Below, piece after piece: positions 29,951 through 38,534 of a stretch of 64,000 bases of DNA (position 1 is its first letter; the number at the start of each line of letters is the position of its first letter). The DNA is from Flavobacteriales bacterium (lineage in GTDB: Bacteria; Bacteroidota; Bacteroidia; Flavobacteriales_G; Salibacteraceae). The DNA lies in assembly GCA_013204105.1 (NCBI GenBank), contig JABMOM010000002.1, positions 562 to 64,561 on the forward strand, given 5' to 3'. The notes under the pieces were generated by a model that had not been told where the DNA came from, ran no database searches, and saw only the letters and a list, made by a program, of their open reading frames with translations. Position numbers and translations under genes: made by a program.

Positions 29951-31861
29951 ATGAAGACACTCTTACACCTTTCCTTTATTGCATTTCTACTGTGCCTTGG
30001 TCTTTCTGTTCAAGCCCAGTCTCAATTGTACATGGTCTCGAACCAGAACAGCACGCTTTACAGTGCTGATACCTCCTCTGGAAGTGCCAGCACGTTAGGA
30101 TCAATGACTGCTACTGGAGGTGGAAGCATCAGCCAGTCAAACGGTTTGGCAGCTCACCCCTGTACCGGAGAATTATTTGCTGTGGTAAACCACGGTTCAT
30201 CTTTCGGCAGATCGATCGCCATTGTCGACACCAACGCTAACGCTACCGTTTTGGGAAGTACTGGCGACCTCGTAGCGTCTATAGCCTTTGATGACAACGG
30301 TGTACTCTACGCAGTAACAGGTGACGGTGCTAATACATCAGAAACGATGTACACGGTAGACCTTTCAGATGGTTCACTTACCTTTTTCCAAACCTTGGGC
30401 AATGGCTCAGATGGAGAAGCAATCGCATACTGTCCAGACAATGGATTGATGTATCACTGGTCCGGATGGTCTACCCTATCTGGAATCACCTTTGAGTCGA
30501 TCAACCTCAACAACAACACCGTTACCAACATCGGAATGACCGGTTCCGTTTCCCCTACCTCCATCATGTCGGCGACATATGTTGGTGGTGGACAATTCTT
30601 CGTCTCTTATCACAGCAGCAATGGCTTTGCTTTCGTAGATACTTCTGGGGCTATTGTGTACGCGGGGTATTCAAGCTCTGTGGGTATTAAAGGAATGGCC
30701 TTCCAAAATCAGGATCCAATTGCCGTTTCAAGCAATTTAGAAGGGCTTTGCCCAGGTACAACGGCTACACTGACCAGTACACTTGCGACCTCGTATCAAT
30801 GGTACTTGAACGGGTCAGCCGTTAGCGGAGCAACTTCTCAGACGTATGCTACATCTGTGGCTGGACAGTACAACTGTTTGGTGACAAACGGAAGCTGCAC
30901 GGATTCAAGTACGGTTGGCGTCTTCTTAGACTCTTTCGACCTACCTATTGTAAATGTTTCATCCAATGATTCAGGTTTCTGTCCAGGAAACGTCGTTACG
31001 CTAACCGGTTCTCAAGGAGGACAAAGTCAATGGTTCTTCAACGGTGATAGCATCTCAGGTGCTACGTCTAACTCCTACCTCGCAAACCAAGAGGGATGGT
31101 ACAACATGGTGAAAACCAATCAAGATGGCTGCTCTGACTCGGCTTCTACTGGTGTTTACTTGGTTGAATACGAAATTCCAAACGTTGACCTAGGTGATGA
31201 TGATGGCATTTGCCCTGGAGATTCGATTACACTCGACGCTGGATTCTTTCCTAATGCGACGTATTTCTGGGACCCATTTGCTAGTGGTCAAATCAACACA
31301 GTAGGAGATACCGGTACCTACATCTCTAACGTACAATCGCAAGACGGTTGCATTGGATCAGACACCGTCTTGATCGGATGGTTCCCTGAGGCAATTGTAG
31401 ACCTAGGCCCAGACACACTGGTTTGTGAAGGAGAGGTTGTGACCTTGGATGCTGGCGCAGGTTTCAGCACTTATGCTTGGACCGGTGGTTCGGCTGCTCA
31501 AACCCTAGATGTGACAGGATTGCCAGAAGGCGACTCAACCATTTACGTCATGGTTCAGAATTCATTTGGATGTGAAGGAATGGACTCAGTTGTAGTGTCT
31601 TTTCAAATTTGCTCTGGAATCAACGAAATAGATGGAAGCCTAGCAACGGTCTATCCAAACCCAAGCAATGGTTTGTTTACTGTTAGCAGCAAAGAAGCAT
31701 TGGCTGTTGTGACCGTTTACAACTTGTTGGGTGAAAAACTCAATGAGTACAAAGTCAACGATCAAAACCTTACGCTTCAAATCGAAGTTCCTGGTACCTA
31801 CCTTCTGTCTGCAGAGGATGTAAATGGCAACGTGTCAACCCAGCGTCTGATCGTACAATAA
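29951..31861 (+). CDS. secreted repeat protein with T9SS C-terminal sorting domain
   Basis: Signal peptide. Four roughly 70-aa Cys-containing repeats (CPG..tLt....yqW..nG..isGATs.sY). C-terminus VYPNPSNGLFTVSS...GTYLLSAEDVNGNVSTQRLIVQ. Confidence 0.72.
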   Translation: MKTLLHLSFIAFLLCLGLSVQAQSQLYMVSNQNSTLYSADTSSGSASTLGSMTATGGGSISQSNGLAAHPCTGELFAVVNHGSSFGRSIAIVDTNANATVLGSTGDLVASIAFDDNGVLYAVTGDGANTSETMYTVDLSDGSLTFFQTLGNGSDGEAIAYCPDNGLMYHWSGWSTLSGITFESINLNNNTVTNIGMTGSVSPTSIMSATYVGGGQFFVSYHSSNGFAFVDTSGAIVYAGYSSSVGIKGMAFQNQDPIAVSSNLEGLCPGTTATLTSTLATSYQWYLNGSAVSGATSQTYATSVAGQYNCLVTNGSCTDSSTVGVFLDSFDLPIVNVSSNDSGFCPGNVVTLTGSQGGQSQWFFNGDSISGATSNSYLANQEGWYNMVKTNQDGCSDSASTGVYLVEYEIPNVDLGDDDGICPGDSITLDAGFFPNATYFWDPFASGQINTVGDTGTYISNVQSQDGCIGSDTVLIGWFPEAIVDLGPDTLVCEGEVVTLDAGAGFSTYAWTGGSAAQTLDVTGLPEGDSTIYVMVQNSFGCEGMDSVVVSFQICSGINEIDGSLATVYPNPSNGLFTVSSKEALAVVTVYNLLGEKLNEYKVNDQNLTLQIEVPGTYLLSAEDVNGNVSTQRLIVQ

Positions 31862-31888
31862 GATCAACGCATACTCAACACATAAAAA

Positions 31889-31919
31889 AGCCCCGGCCTC
31901 ATAGAGACCGGGGCTTTTC
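31889..31919. terminator. bidirectional intrinsic terminator between convergent genes
   Basis: agccccgg-(11 nt loop)-ccggggct, an 8-bp GC-rich stem flanked by A6 upstream and TTTT downstream. Confidence 0.75.
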
Positions 31920-31936
31920 TTTTAACTGTATTTCAA

Positions 31937-32881
31937 TCAATGAAGACCATTCTCCCCTAGGTAGCGTTCAGCGTCCAAGGCTGCCATGCAGCCTGTACCT
32001 GCCGCTGTAACCGCTTGACGGTACACTTTATCTCCCGCATCACCAGAGATGAATACGCCTTCGATGTTGGAATGAGAACTGTCTGGTTTGTGCTTCAAGT
32101 ATCCAGTATCGTCCATGTCTAACCATCCTTTGAAGATGCCAGTATTTGGCTTATGCCCGATGGCAACGAAGAATCCGGTTACGTCGAGTACGCTTTCCTC
32201 ATTGGTTTTGCTGTTCACCACTTTTACGCCTTCAACCACTTGGTCGCCGAGCACTTCAACCGTGTCTGTATTCCAAAGCACCTCAATATTGCCCGCGTCG
32301 AACACGCGTTGCTGCATGATCTTGGAAGCGCGCATTTCATCGCGTCGCACGATCATTTTCACGTTCTTGCACACCTTGGAGAGGTACAAGGCTTCTTCAG
32401 CGGCGGTATCTCCAGCGCCTACAATGGCTACGTCCTGACCTCTGTAAAAGAAGCCATCGCATACTGCACAGGCAGAAACTCCACCACCCAAATCACGGAT
32501 GCGTAATTCGCTTTCCAAGCCCAACCACTTGGCGGTAGCTCCGGTGGAGATGATGATGGAATGCGCCTGAAGCTCTTCCTTTTCATCGACCCACACTTTA
32601 TGTACGGGACCACTGAAGTCCACTTTGGTCACATAGCCTGTGCGGATATCGGTCTCGAAGCGTTCTGCTTGGGCGCGAAAGTTCATCATCATTTGCGGGC
32701 CATTCACTCCTTCTGGATATCCCGGGTAGTTTTCCACGTCTGTGGTATCCATCAATTGACCTCCTGGCTGCATGCCTTCGATCATGATGGGTTTCAATTC
32801 TGCTCTTGCCGCATAGATCGCTGCGGTGTATCCAGCAGGACCAGAACCGATGATCAAACACTTGTGAATTTTGTCACTCAT
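31937..32881 (-). CDS. trxB: thioredoxin-disulfide reductase
   Basis: Redox-active CAVCDG. Two dinucleotide folds: IIGSGPAGYTAA and IVGAGDTAAEEA. Confidence 0.9.
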   Translation of the reverse strand: MSDKIHKCLIIGSGPAGYTAAIYAARAELKPIMIEGMQPGGQLMDTTDVENYPGYPEGVNGPQMMMNFRAQAERFETDIRTGYVTKVDFSGPVHKVWVDEKEELQAHSIIISTGATAKWLGLESELRIRDLGGGVSACAVCDGFFYRGQDVAIVGAGDTAAEEALYLSKVCKNVKMIVRRDEMRASKIMQQRVFDAGNIEVLWNTDTVEVLGDQVVEGVKVVNSKTNEESVLDVTGFFVAIGHKPNTGIFKGWLDMDDTGYLKHKPDSSHSNIEGVFISGDAGDKVYRQAVTAAGTGCMAALDAERYLGENGLH

Positions 32882-32902
32882 TTTGTTTCATTTTTAACGC
32901 GC

Positions 32903-32910
32903 CAAAGGTA
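32903..32910 (-). promoter_or_regulatory. candidate Bacteroidota -7 promoter box TACCTTTG upstream of trxB
   Basis: Exact match to TAnnTTTG on the minus strand, 21 nt before the trxB ATG. I found no clear TTG -33 element at the canonical spacing. Confidence 0.4.
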
Positions 32911-32945
32911 GTCTTTAGGGCCATTTTGTAGGTTTCGATTTCTCA

Positions 32946-32968
32946 ATAGGACGATAGAGAATAGCTAT
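32946..32968. promoter_or_regulatory. ATAG/CTAT cluster (ATAG x3 plus palindrome ATAGCTAT) upstream of the trxB promoter
   Basis: caATAGgacgATAGagaATAGCTATgc read directly. It lies 36-65 nt upstream of the candidate -7 box. Confidence 0.35.
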
Positions 32969-32970
32969 GC

Positions 32971-34236
32971 TTACAAATGGGTTGAAGCATTCTCTTGTGT
33001 TGCGGTACTCTTGTTCAATATCAAAGTTGCGATGAGGCCCATGACTGCAAAACCAGAGATCAAGCCGAACACATAATGGTGCCCTTGGGCGCCGGGATAA
33101 TGATCCAGCAGGAAGCCCATGGTAGGACTGATGAATATATCAGGCGTGTAGCCCAGCAAAGACATGATTCCAACCGCCGTCCCGGTAGCTCGGATGGAAA
33201 CCTTGGACACATCCATCACCGCGAAATAGATACCGCGCAGTCCGTAGATCCCCATTACTGTAAAGACCATGGTGGCAAGCACGTAGAGGGTCCATACATC
33301 GAGCCAACCCGTAGCGATGAGCACTCCGCCGATGATCATGCACATGAAGCACGCGGCAATGGTACGGATGCCTCCAAAACGATCTGCTACTACACCCGCC
33401 GCAAGCGCAAAAACGGGCCTCAGCCAAAGCGCGGATGTGCCTACCCCAGCGGCATCCACTTCATTAAAGTCAAGTACCTCATTGGCGTAAAGTGAAAAAT
33501 CATCGGTCATTTTATAGCCAACGTATGCGCAAACGATGATGGCTCCCTGCAACCATATGGTAGGATTTCGCAGCAATTCCATTACCTCCGAAGGGGCGAT
33601 TTTATGCGCTTGCGCTTCGTTGGCACCGAGGTCTTTGGGCATCCAAAAGAACACAGCAACGCCGATGAGCATCACCAGCACGGAGGAAAAGAAGATCACT
33701 TCATGGATCGGCACACTGTCTCCTTCAGCGAATTGCGATGTGAGCGTAGAAAATGCAAACAGTGCCAGCGACCCGATCACCGCCGAGGTCAGTCCCCTGC
33801 CGCTCTCTAAAAAACCGAAGGCCCGACCTTGAAAGCCTTTGCCTCCCCACTCGCGCGTAGCCCTTATCATGGCCGCCCACAGCAGGAAGATCGTAGAAAA
33901 CCCCCAAAAGGCGTACAGTGCGACCAATCCGACAAAGCCTGGATCCACTGCCAATGCAAATCCTCCCATACCAGTGAGGGCAAGGGATAAACTGATCAGC
34001 GTCCGAGCGGGAAAACGATCCGCCAATGGGCCTCCGAAGAAATAGGAAGCAAAGGCCACCAAGCCATACGCGGAAAATGCTGTACCCAATTCGAGGTTGG
34101 TCATGTCAAATGCCGATAGTAATGTTGGACGAAAGACCCGGGGCAAAACGAAGGGCAGGAAGAAGACCGACTCCCCAGCGAGGATCAGAAGAAACAAGGT
34201 CGCCGGGTTGTGCTGTTGGCTCTGCATGGTGAACAA
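32971..34236 (-). CDS. MFS transporter
   Basis: About 12 predicted hydrophobic segments; FGGPLADRFPAR loop motif typical of the MFS 2-3 loop. Confidence 0.75.
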   Translation of the reverse strand: MFTMQSQQHNPATLFLLILAGESVFFLPFVLPRVFRPTLLSAFDMTNLELGTAFSAYGLVAFASYFFGGPLADRFPARTLISLSLALTGMGGFALAVDPGFVGLVALYAFWGFSTIFLLWAAMIRATREWGGKGFQGRAFGFLESGRGLTSAVIGSLALFAFSTLTSQFAEGDSVPIHEVIFFSSVLVMLIGVAVFFWMPKDLGANEAQAHKIAPSEVMELLRNPTIWLQGAIIVCAYVGYKMTDDFSLYANEVLDFNEVDAAGVGTSALWLRPVFALAAGVVADRFGGIRTIAACFMCMIIGGVLIATGWLDVWTLYVLATMVFTVMGIYGLRGIYFAVMDVSKVSIRATGTAVGIMSLLGYTPDIFISPTMGFLLDHYPGAQGHHYVFGLISGFAVMGLIATLILNKSTATQENASTHL

Positions 34237-34314
34237 AGATGAAAATCCTTTTCTGCTTAGCCAGCAGCCCCGCCAAAGCAGGACCGACCCTGCAAAGAAC
34301 TCAACCCGGAAGGC

Positions 34315-35019
34315 CTACTTTAATTTTTCCCAAGTCGAAACGGATGATTCCTTAGTCGCGACTTGAAACAAATAAAATTCGCTTTCGCTTCTGCCCGAAA
34401 AAGTGCCGACCGATTCCCAAACCATTCTATTATTGCGCAACTCCACCAAGTAATATTTCCCTAGGAAATCAAAAGAGATCACTGCCTTTGACTTATCCGT
34501 GTCTAACCAATTCCAATAACCTGTGTAGCTTATTTCTTCGGACTCATTCTCATAGTTTGTGTCTGTCCAGATTTCTTCATACGTATCGCTCAAATCGTCG
34601 TATTCCCAACCTGAAATGGTAGCACTGATCAGTTCCACCTTTTCCGTGTAGGTGAAGGCGCCTCCTTTGTCAATGGAAAGAATAGACTGTAATTTGGCTT
34701 TTTGAACTATGGATGACTTATACTCTCCATCGTCGGTTATGTAACTAATAGTCAGGTAATCCCCATCATAATCTACGGAAATGTCACCGTTATTTAAGAA
34801 GTCGTCTGAATCGTTAAATTCTGCCTCTTCCTCAAACGTGAAACTCGCTTGCTTTTCCGTCATCACCCAATCCCCTATGACCTTTGCGTCCCGAGACCGA
34901 AGTGAAATAAATGGGTCGTCTTCCCCTCTTCTACAACCGCTGAGCACCATCATTAATCCAAGGCCCAGCATTATTAGTATTCTAGCTTTCATTTTAAAAT
35001 TGAATTTAGTGTTGAGCAA
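34315..35019 (-). CDS. hypothetical lipoprotein
   Basis: MKARILIMLGLGLMMVLSGC lipobox. The body is acidic and Tyr/Trp-rich, with no known motif. Confidence 0.55.
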   Translation of the reverse strand: MLNTKFNFKMKARILIMLGLGLMMVLSGCRRGEDDPFISLRSRDAKVIGDWVMTEKQASFTFEEEAEFNDSDDFLNNGDISVDYDGDYLTISYITDDGEYKSSIVQKAKLQSILSIDKGGAFTYTEKVELISATISGWEYDDLSDTYEEIWTDTNYENESEEISYTGYWNWLDTDKSKAVISFDFLGKYYLVELRNNRMVWESVGTFSGRSESEFYLFQVATKESSVSTWEKLK

Positions 35020-35267
35020 ACCTATCCCCGATTGAGTTCAGCGCATTATTGAATACCGTGCGGTCTCGACTCAATCAATTGCAGCAAATGCATCTCATCA
35101 CGCTATCGTCCAATAAATGGCAAACATTGATTACGAATCATTGGCCGTAATGCAGGGTTCACAATTTCACGCACTTCTTTGGTGTGATCATCACCGGTGA
35201 TATAAGTCAGTCATCGATCACCATTGCCTCAGCTTTCTTAATATTGTTACAGATCAACCTTACCACC

Positions 35268-35969
35268 ATGAAGTTCATTTCCACTCTAGTCTCCATTTTT
35301 CTCGTTGCGGTTCTTATGAGTTCTTGTTCTTCTAGCAATGAGGTGGCGTCTAATAGCATTCTAGTGAAGCGCAAGCACAGGACAGGCTTTCACCTGAACA
35401 TTCGATACAAGGAGCACCAGCAAGAAGCGAAGGTGGTAGATGCAGGAGCAAGCATCCGTTTGAAAGAACGCGTATTTGCGCTGGCACCGAGCGAAGTACG
35501 AGAGGTTGAGATTTCCAACACTCAGAACACCCAGCACACACGAGCAACTATAACCCGAGACGAAGCAAGCCAGAGGACAGCCCAGCATTCGGTAAGATCA
35601 AAAATCCAAGTGTCCGAAGGGATGGAGGTAATGGAGGATGCCCAACCGCAAGAAGCTGAAGGCAAGAAATTCACCAAGGCTTCCAAAACCCAGCGTCGCG
35701 GTAGATTAGCGCTATTTTTCGCATTTCTGCAGGGCGCGAGCTGGCTGATCAACCTCGCCTCTTTTATCATCACGCTAAGTCCGACGTTCTTGATCGTCAA
35801 CTTGCTCTTTTTCTTCCTCTTCTTTTCACTGGCCCTGGCCTTCGGCTGGAAGATCAAGAAGCGCAACGATGCAGCGAAGTGGGCCGTGATTTTAGCCTTT
35901 GGCTTTTTGGTCCTCAACATTGCCGTATCGGTTGTCGGCACCATCATGGGAGTGGTCGCGTTGATCTAA
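35268..35969 (+). CDS. hypothetical lipoprotein/membrane protein
   Basis: The ATG at 35268 gives MKFISTLVSIFLVAVLMSSC. A polar middle is followed by three C-terminal TM segments. The track start at 35184 is a GTG further upstream. Confidence 0.5.
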   Translation: MKFISTLVSIFLVAVLMSSCSSSNEVASNSILVKRKHRTGFHLNIRYKEHQQEAKVVDAGASIRLKERVFALAPSEVREVEISNTQNTQHTRATITRDEASQRTAQHSVRSKIQVSEGMEVMEDAQPQEAEGKKFTKASKTQRRGRLALFFAFLQGASWLINLASFIITLSPTFLIVNLLFFFLFFSLALAFGWKIKKRNDAAKWAVILAFGFLVLNIAVSVVGTIMGVVALI

Positions 35970-36045
35970 GCAAAGTCATTCAAAAAGAAGCCCAACAAAC
36001 CCTCCTTTCATTTCAGAATGGAATGCAATATTTGCACTCCGAAAT

Positions 36046-36118
36046 CGGGATGTAGCTCAGTTGGTAGAGTGCTCGTCTGGGGGGCGAGAGGCCGCAGGTT
36101 CAAGTCCTGTCATCCCGA
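36046..36118 (+). tRNA. tRNA-Pro (anticodon GGG)
   Basis: I folded the cloverleaf by hand. Acceptor CGGGATG/CATCCCG with C1-G72 and A73 (a bacterial Pro identity feature). D arm GCTC/GAGT with GG. Anticodon stem CTCGT/GCGAG with loop CT-GGG-GG (G37). T arm GCAGG-TTCAAGT-CCTGT. No encoded CCA. Confidence 0.9.
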
Positions 36119-36131
36119 CATAGAAGTAGAA

Positions 36132-36163
36132 AGGCTTCCAGGAAACTGGAGGCCTTTTGTGTT
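36132..36163 (+). terminator. intrinsic terminator after tRNA-Pro
   Basis: aggcttccag-gaaa-ctggaggcct (10-bp stem with one G-U pair) followed by TTTTGTGTT. Confidence 0.75.
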
Positions 36164-36182
36164 AAACCAAAGTTGAAATATA

Positions 36183-36223
36183 GGGGCGAGAGGCCGTCCC
36201 GCTTTAAGCGGGATCATCCCGAC
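36183..36223 (+). pseudogene. tRNA-Pro 3'-half remnant (degenerate direct repeat)
   Basis: ggggcgagaggccg and catcccgac are identical to tRNA positions 36081-36094 and 36111-36119. The T arm is replaced by an unrelated hairpin, tcccgc-tttaa-gcggga. No 5' half is present. Confidence 0.7.
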
Positions 36224-36235
36224 GCAGAAGTAGAA

Positions 36236-36270
36236 AGGCTTTCAGGAAACTGGAGGCCTTTTGTGTTTTT
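36236..36270 (+). terminator. second copy of the tRNA-Pro terminator
   Basis: aggctttcag-gaaa-ctggaggcct followed by TTTGTGTTTTT. It differs from the first copy by one stem substitution. Confidence 0.7.
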
Positions 36271-36360
36271 GGTCGGTTGAAACAAGTGATGTATTAATCA
36301 TAGACCTAGCTTCAGATTCAATGACCTGGCGACGTAGCCCTTTAGCATGCTAGAGTCCAT

Positions 36361-37338
36361 CTAAATCATCTTGATGGGCTTCTTCTTGATCATCCCGCCC
36401 CGAGCATCTTTTACCGATGCCATGACGATGAATGCTTTTGGATCAATCTTGTAGATCTCCGATTTCAATTGAGACATCTCCAAGCGGGTGATGATGACGT
36501 AGACAATGTCCGTATCCTTCAACGCCCAGCCTTGCTTGCCCATCCCCTTTTCGCCTTTAATGATGGTGCACCCCCTGCGCATTGTATCTGTCACTACTAA
36601 TCTGATTTCTTCGCTGAAGTCTGAAATAATCGTGACGGACATAAATTCTTCAATGCCATCGATCACGAAGTCCACGGTTTTCGAGGCGGCATAATAGGTG
36701 AGAATTGCATAAAGGGCAATCTCCGTAGATATAATATAGGATGCTGCTAGGAAGATGACGAGGTTGAACAGCATGATCACATTACCCACCGTCAAGTTGG
36801 TCTTTCGGCTCAAGTATATGGCCAGCACTTCAGTACCGTCGATGATGGCACCTCCACGAATGGCCATTCCTATGCCGAGGCCCAGGAAAATACCGCCAAA
36901 AGCGGAGATCAGCAGCGGGTCCTCGGTAACCACAGGAAAAGGAATGAAATAGATCGCCAGTGCCAAGACACTGATTGCAAAGACGCTCCTTACCGCGAAC
37001 CTCCTCCCAATGGCTTGATGGGCTAGTATTATGAATGGTAGGTTGAAGAGCACAACCAAGAAGGACAATCGAATATCAAAGATGCCGTGGGCGATAAGCG
37101 ATACTCCCATTACACCTCCATCAATGAACCCATTGGGCATCAGAAAACCCTTGAGTCCAAATGCCGCAGAAACAACGCCGATCAGCAGGTAGAGCAAGGC
37201 TGAAAGCTCATGAATGACTTCGGATTCTATGTCACGCATCCTCTTTTCCGAGCGAGCGTCGTCCGGTTGCTCTTCAGGATGCACTTGCATGAAAGGACGT
37301 GCGATTTTGTGGATCGCCTGGCGGAAAAATGGAGTCAT
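36361..37338 (-). CDS. YitT-family membrane protein (DUF2179 C-terminal domain)
   Basis: LLIGVVSAAFGLKGFLMPNGFIDGGVMGVSLI, a repeated TM module, then a soluble C-terminal domain. Confidence 0.72.
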   Translation of the reverse strand: MTPFFRQAIHKIARPFMQVHPEEQPDDARSEKRMRDIESEVIHELSALLYLLIGVVSAAFGLKGFLMPNGFIDGGVMGVSLIAHGIFDIRLSFLVVLFNLPFIILAHQAIGRRFAVRSVFAISVLALAIYFIPFPVVTEDPLLISAFGGIFLGLGIGMAIRGGAIIDGTEVLAIYLSRKTNLTVGNVIMLFNLVIFLAASYIISTEIALYAILTYYAASKTVDFVIDGIEEFMSVTIISDFSEEIRLVVTDTMRRGCTIIKGEKGMGKQGWALKDTDIVYVIITRLEMSQLKSEIYKIDPKAFIVMASVKDARGGMIKKKPIKMI

Positions 37339-37514
37339 CGTCTAAATACTTCTGAGGTTATGCACGTGTCGTCTATATATGAATGCGTTCCACTCTGTAC
37401 ACTATTGCCAGCATGCGCTACTTGGTAGTAATAAACACCTGCCGCACGATGACTGTTATGAAAGGTGGTAGAGTGCTTCGTGACTCGCTGACTTAACATT
37501 GCACCGTTCCTAAT

Positions 37515-37548
37515 AAAAAATGGCCAATTGACGAAATCAAGTGGCCAT
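37515..37548 (-). terminator. intrinsic terminator downstream of the 40-aa Lys-rich ORF
   Basis: atggccaattga-cgaaa-tcaagtggccat (12-bp stem, one mismatch). On the minus strand it is followed by T6 (A6 at 37515-37520). Confidence 0.65.
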
Positions 37549-37574
37549 AGTAGGTGAAATCTTAGCAGAGCCTT

Positions 37575-37697
37575 TTAAAGCGTGTGCTCATTCCTTTTTG
37601 CTTCTTTTTTCGCCGCTTTGGCTGCGCGTTTCTCCATCAGATTTTTAGCCGGTGCCGTCTTGTCTGACTTCTGTTTGCCTTCTTTTTCCTTAGACAT
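37575..37697 (-). CDS. small Lys-rich basic protein, 40 aa (below the ORF-track length cut-off)
   Basis: My translation: MSKEKEGKQKSDKTAPAKNLMEKRAAKAAKKEAKRNEHTL*. It has an ATG start and its own terminator 27 nt downstream. The antisense track ORF 37582..37770 looks like an artefact. Confidence 0.5.
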   Translation of the reverse strand: MSKEKEGKQKSDKTAPAKNLMEKRAAKAAKKEAKRNEHTL

Positions 37698-37779
37698 GGT
37701 GCTATCATTATGTGAGAAACAAATTTCGTTCAGTATTCAGGGAAAAACATTACAAAAGGAATGGATGTAGTTATATAAT

Positions 37780-38340
37780 TCACAGGTCTTCCAGGTTTTG
37801 ACTGCGCTTTTTCTTCAACTGTTTGAAATAAGTCGGAGTGAGACCGGTTACCTTCTTGAATTGGCTCGATAAATGGGCAACGCTGCTGTAATGCAGTCGG
37901 TACGAAATTTCCGTAAGGTTCAGTTCATCGTAGAGCAGGAGCTCCTTTACCCGCTCGATCTTGTGATGGATGATGAATTGCTGGATAGTAATGCCTTTTA
38001 CTTCTGAGAAAATATTCGAAAGGTAAGTGTAGTCGAAGCCCAACTTTTCACTGATGTAATCCGAGTAATTGACCTTTGGCAACTCATCCGAATAGTGGAT
38101 CATTTCGACGATGACCACCTTGATCCGTTCAATCAGAATGCTCCGTTTGTCATTCATCAATTCGAGGCCCGAAGCATGCAAATTGGCTTTTAAGGCCGCA
38201 CGTTGTTCCGATGTAATGTCCTCTAGCATCTCGATCATGCCCAGCTCTACAATGACGAAGTGAAGCCCTAACTTCTTCAACTCTTCCTTGACCAGCGCCT
38301 TGCAGCGCAAACTGACCATGTATTTGATGTAGAGTTTCAT
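37780..38340 (-). CDS. AraC-family transcriptional regulator
   Basis: C-terminal double HTH: YLSNIFSEVKGITIQQFIIHHKIERVKELLLYDELNLTEISYRLHYSSVAHLSSQFKKVTGLTP. Confidence 0.8.
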   Translation of the reverse strand: MKLYIKYMVSLRCKALVKEELKKLGLHFVIVELGMIEMLEDITSEQRAALKANLHASGLELMNDKRSILIERIKVVIVEMIHYSDELPKVNYSDYISEKLGFDYTYLSNIFSEVKGITIQQFIIHHKIERVKELLLYDELNLTEISYRLHYSSVAHLSSQFKKVTGLTPTYFKQLKKKRSQNLEDL

Positions 38341-38534
38341 TCTGGTTTTTCAGGCATACTAAATCCTAAAAGTTAGGACTTTTCATCGACCCTAGCTCGC
38401 TGATTCATGCTATTATTTTGATCACGAAGTGAGGTCGTTTCACTGCCAGCTCCAATCTCATCGAGCACATGTAGGGCAGGTCGCTCCATCAATTCACCGG
38501 CACGCATTCGCCTCCTTTTGATATCTTGTCCCGC

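Noticed and set aside
35085-35215. Minus-strand reading ...LTYITGDDHTKEVREIVNPALRPMIRNQCLPFIGR-stop-RDEMHLLQLIESRPHGIQ in the 248-nt gap, which looks vaguely like a gene remnant.
   Set aside because: It is only about 35 codons, is preceded by a stop, has no usable start and is interrupted by a stop. I cannot match it to any family, so it is too weak to call a pseudogene.
36046-36360. Interpreting the tRNA-Pro repeat as the boundary of a currently integrated genomic island.
   Set aside because: The two repeat copies are separated by only about 20 nt. The flanking genes (a membrane protein and a YitT-family protein) are ordinary, and no integrase is present. At most it is a scar, as described in the findings.
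37339-37514. The 176-nt leader upstream of the YitT-family gene as a possible riboswitch. The same was considered for the leaders of the MFS and DASS genes.
   Set aside because: I could not recognise any known riboswitch core (for example c-di-AMP/ydaO, TPP, SAM, FMN or lysine) or a convincing terminator/antiterminator pair by eye. A covariance-model scan (Rfam/Infernal) would be needed.
37582-37770. 62-aa plus-strand track ORF (MCSFLFASFFAALAARF...).
   Set aside because: It is the antisense reading of the Lys-rich small ORF (AAA/AAG read as TTT/CTT). It also has no terminator in its own orientation, whereas the minus-strand ORF does.
38350-38400. Short palindrome tcctaa-aag-ttagga between the AraC gene and the sugar symporter, as a possible operator.
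   Set aside because: It has only a 6-bp arm with a 3-nt spacer, no second copy, and no known AraC-type direct-repeat architecture. It may be chance.
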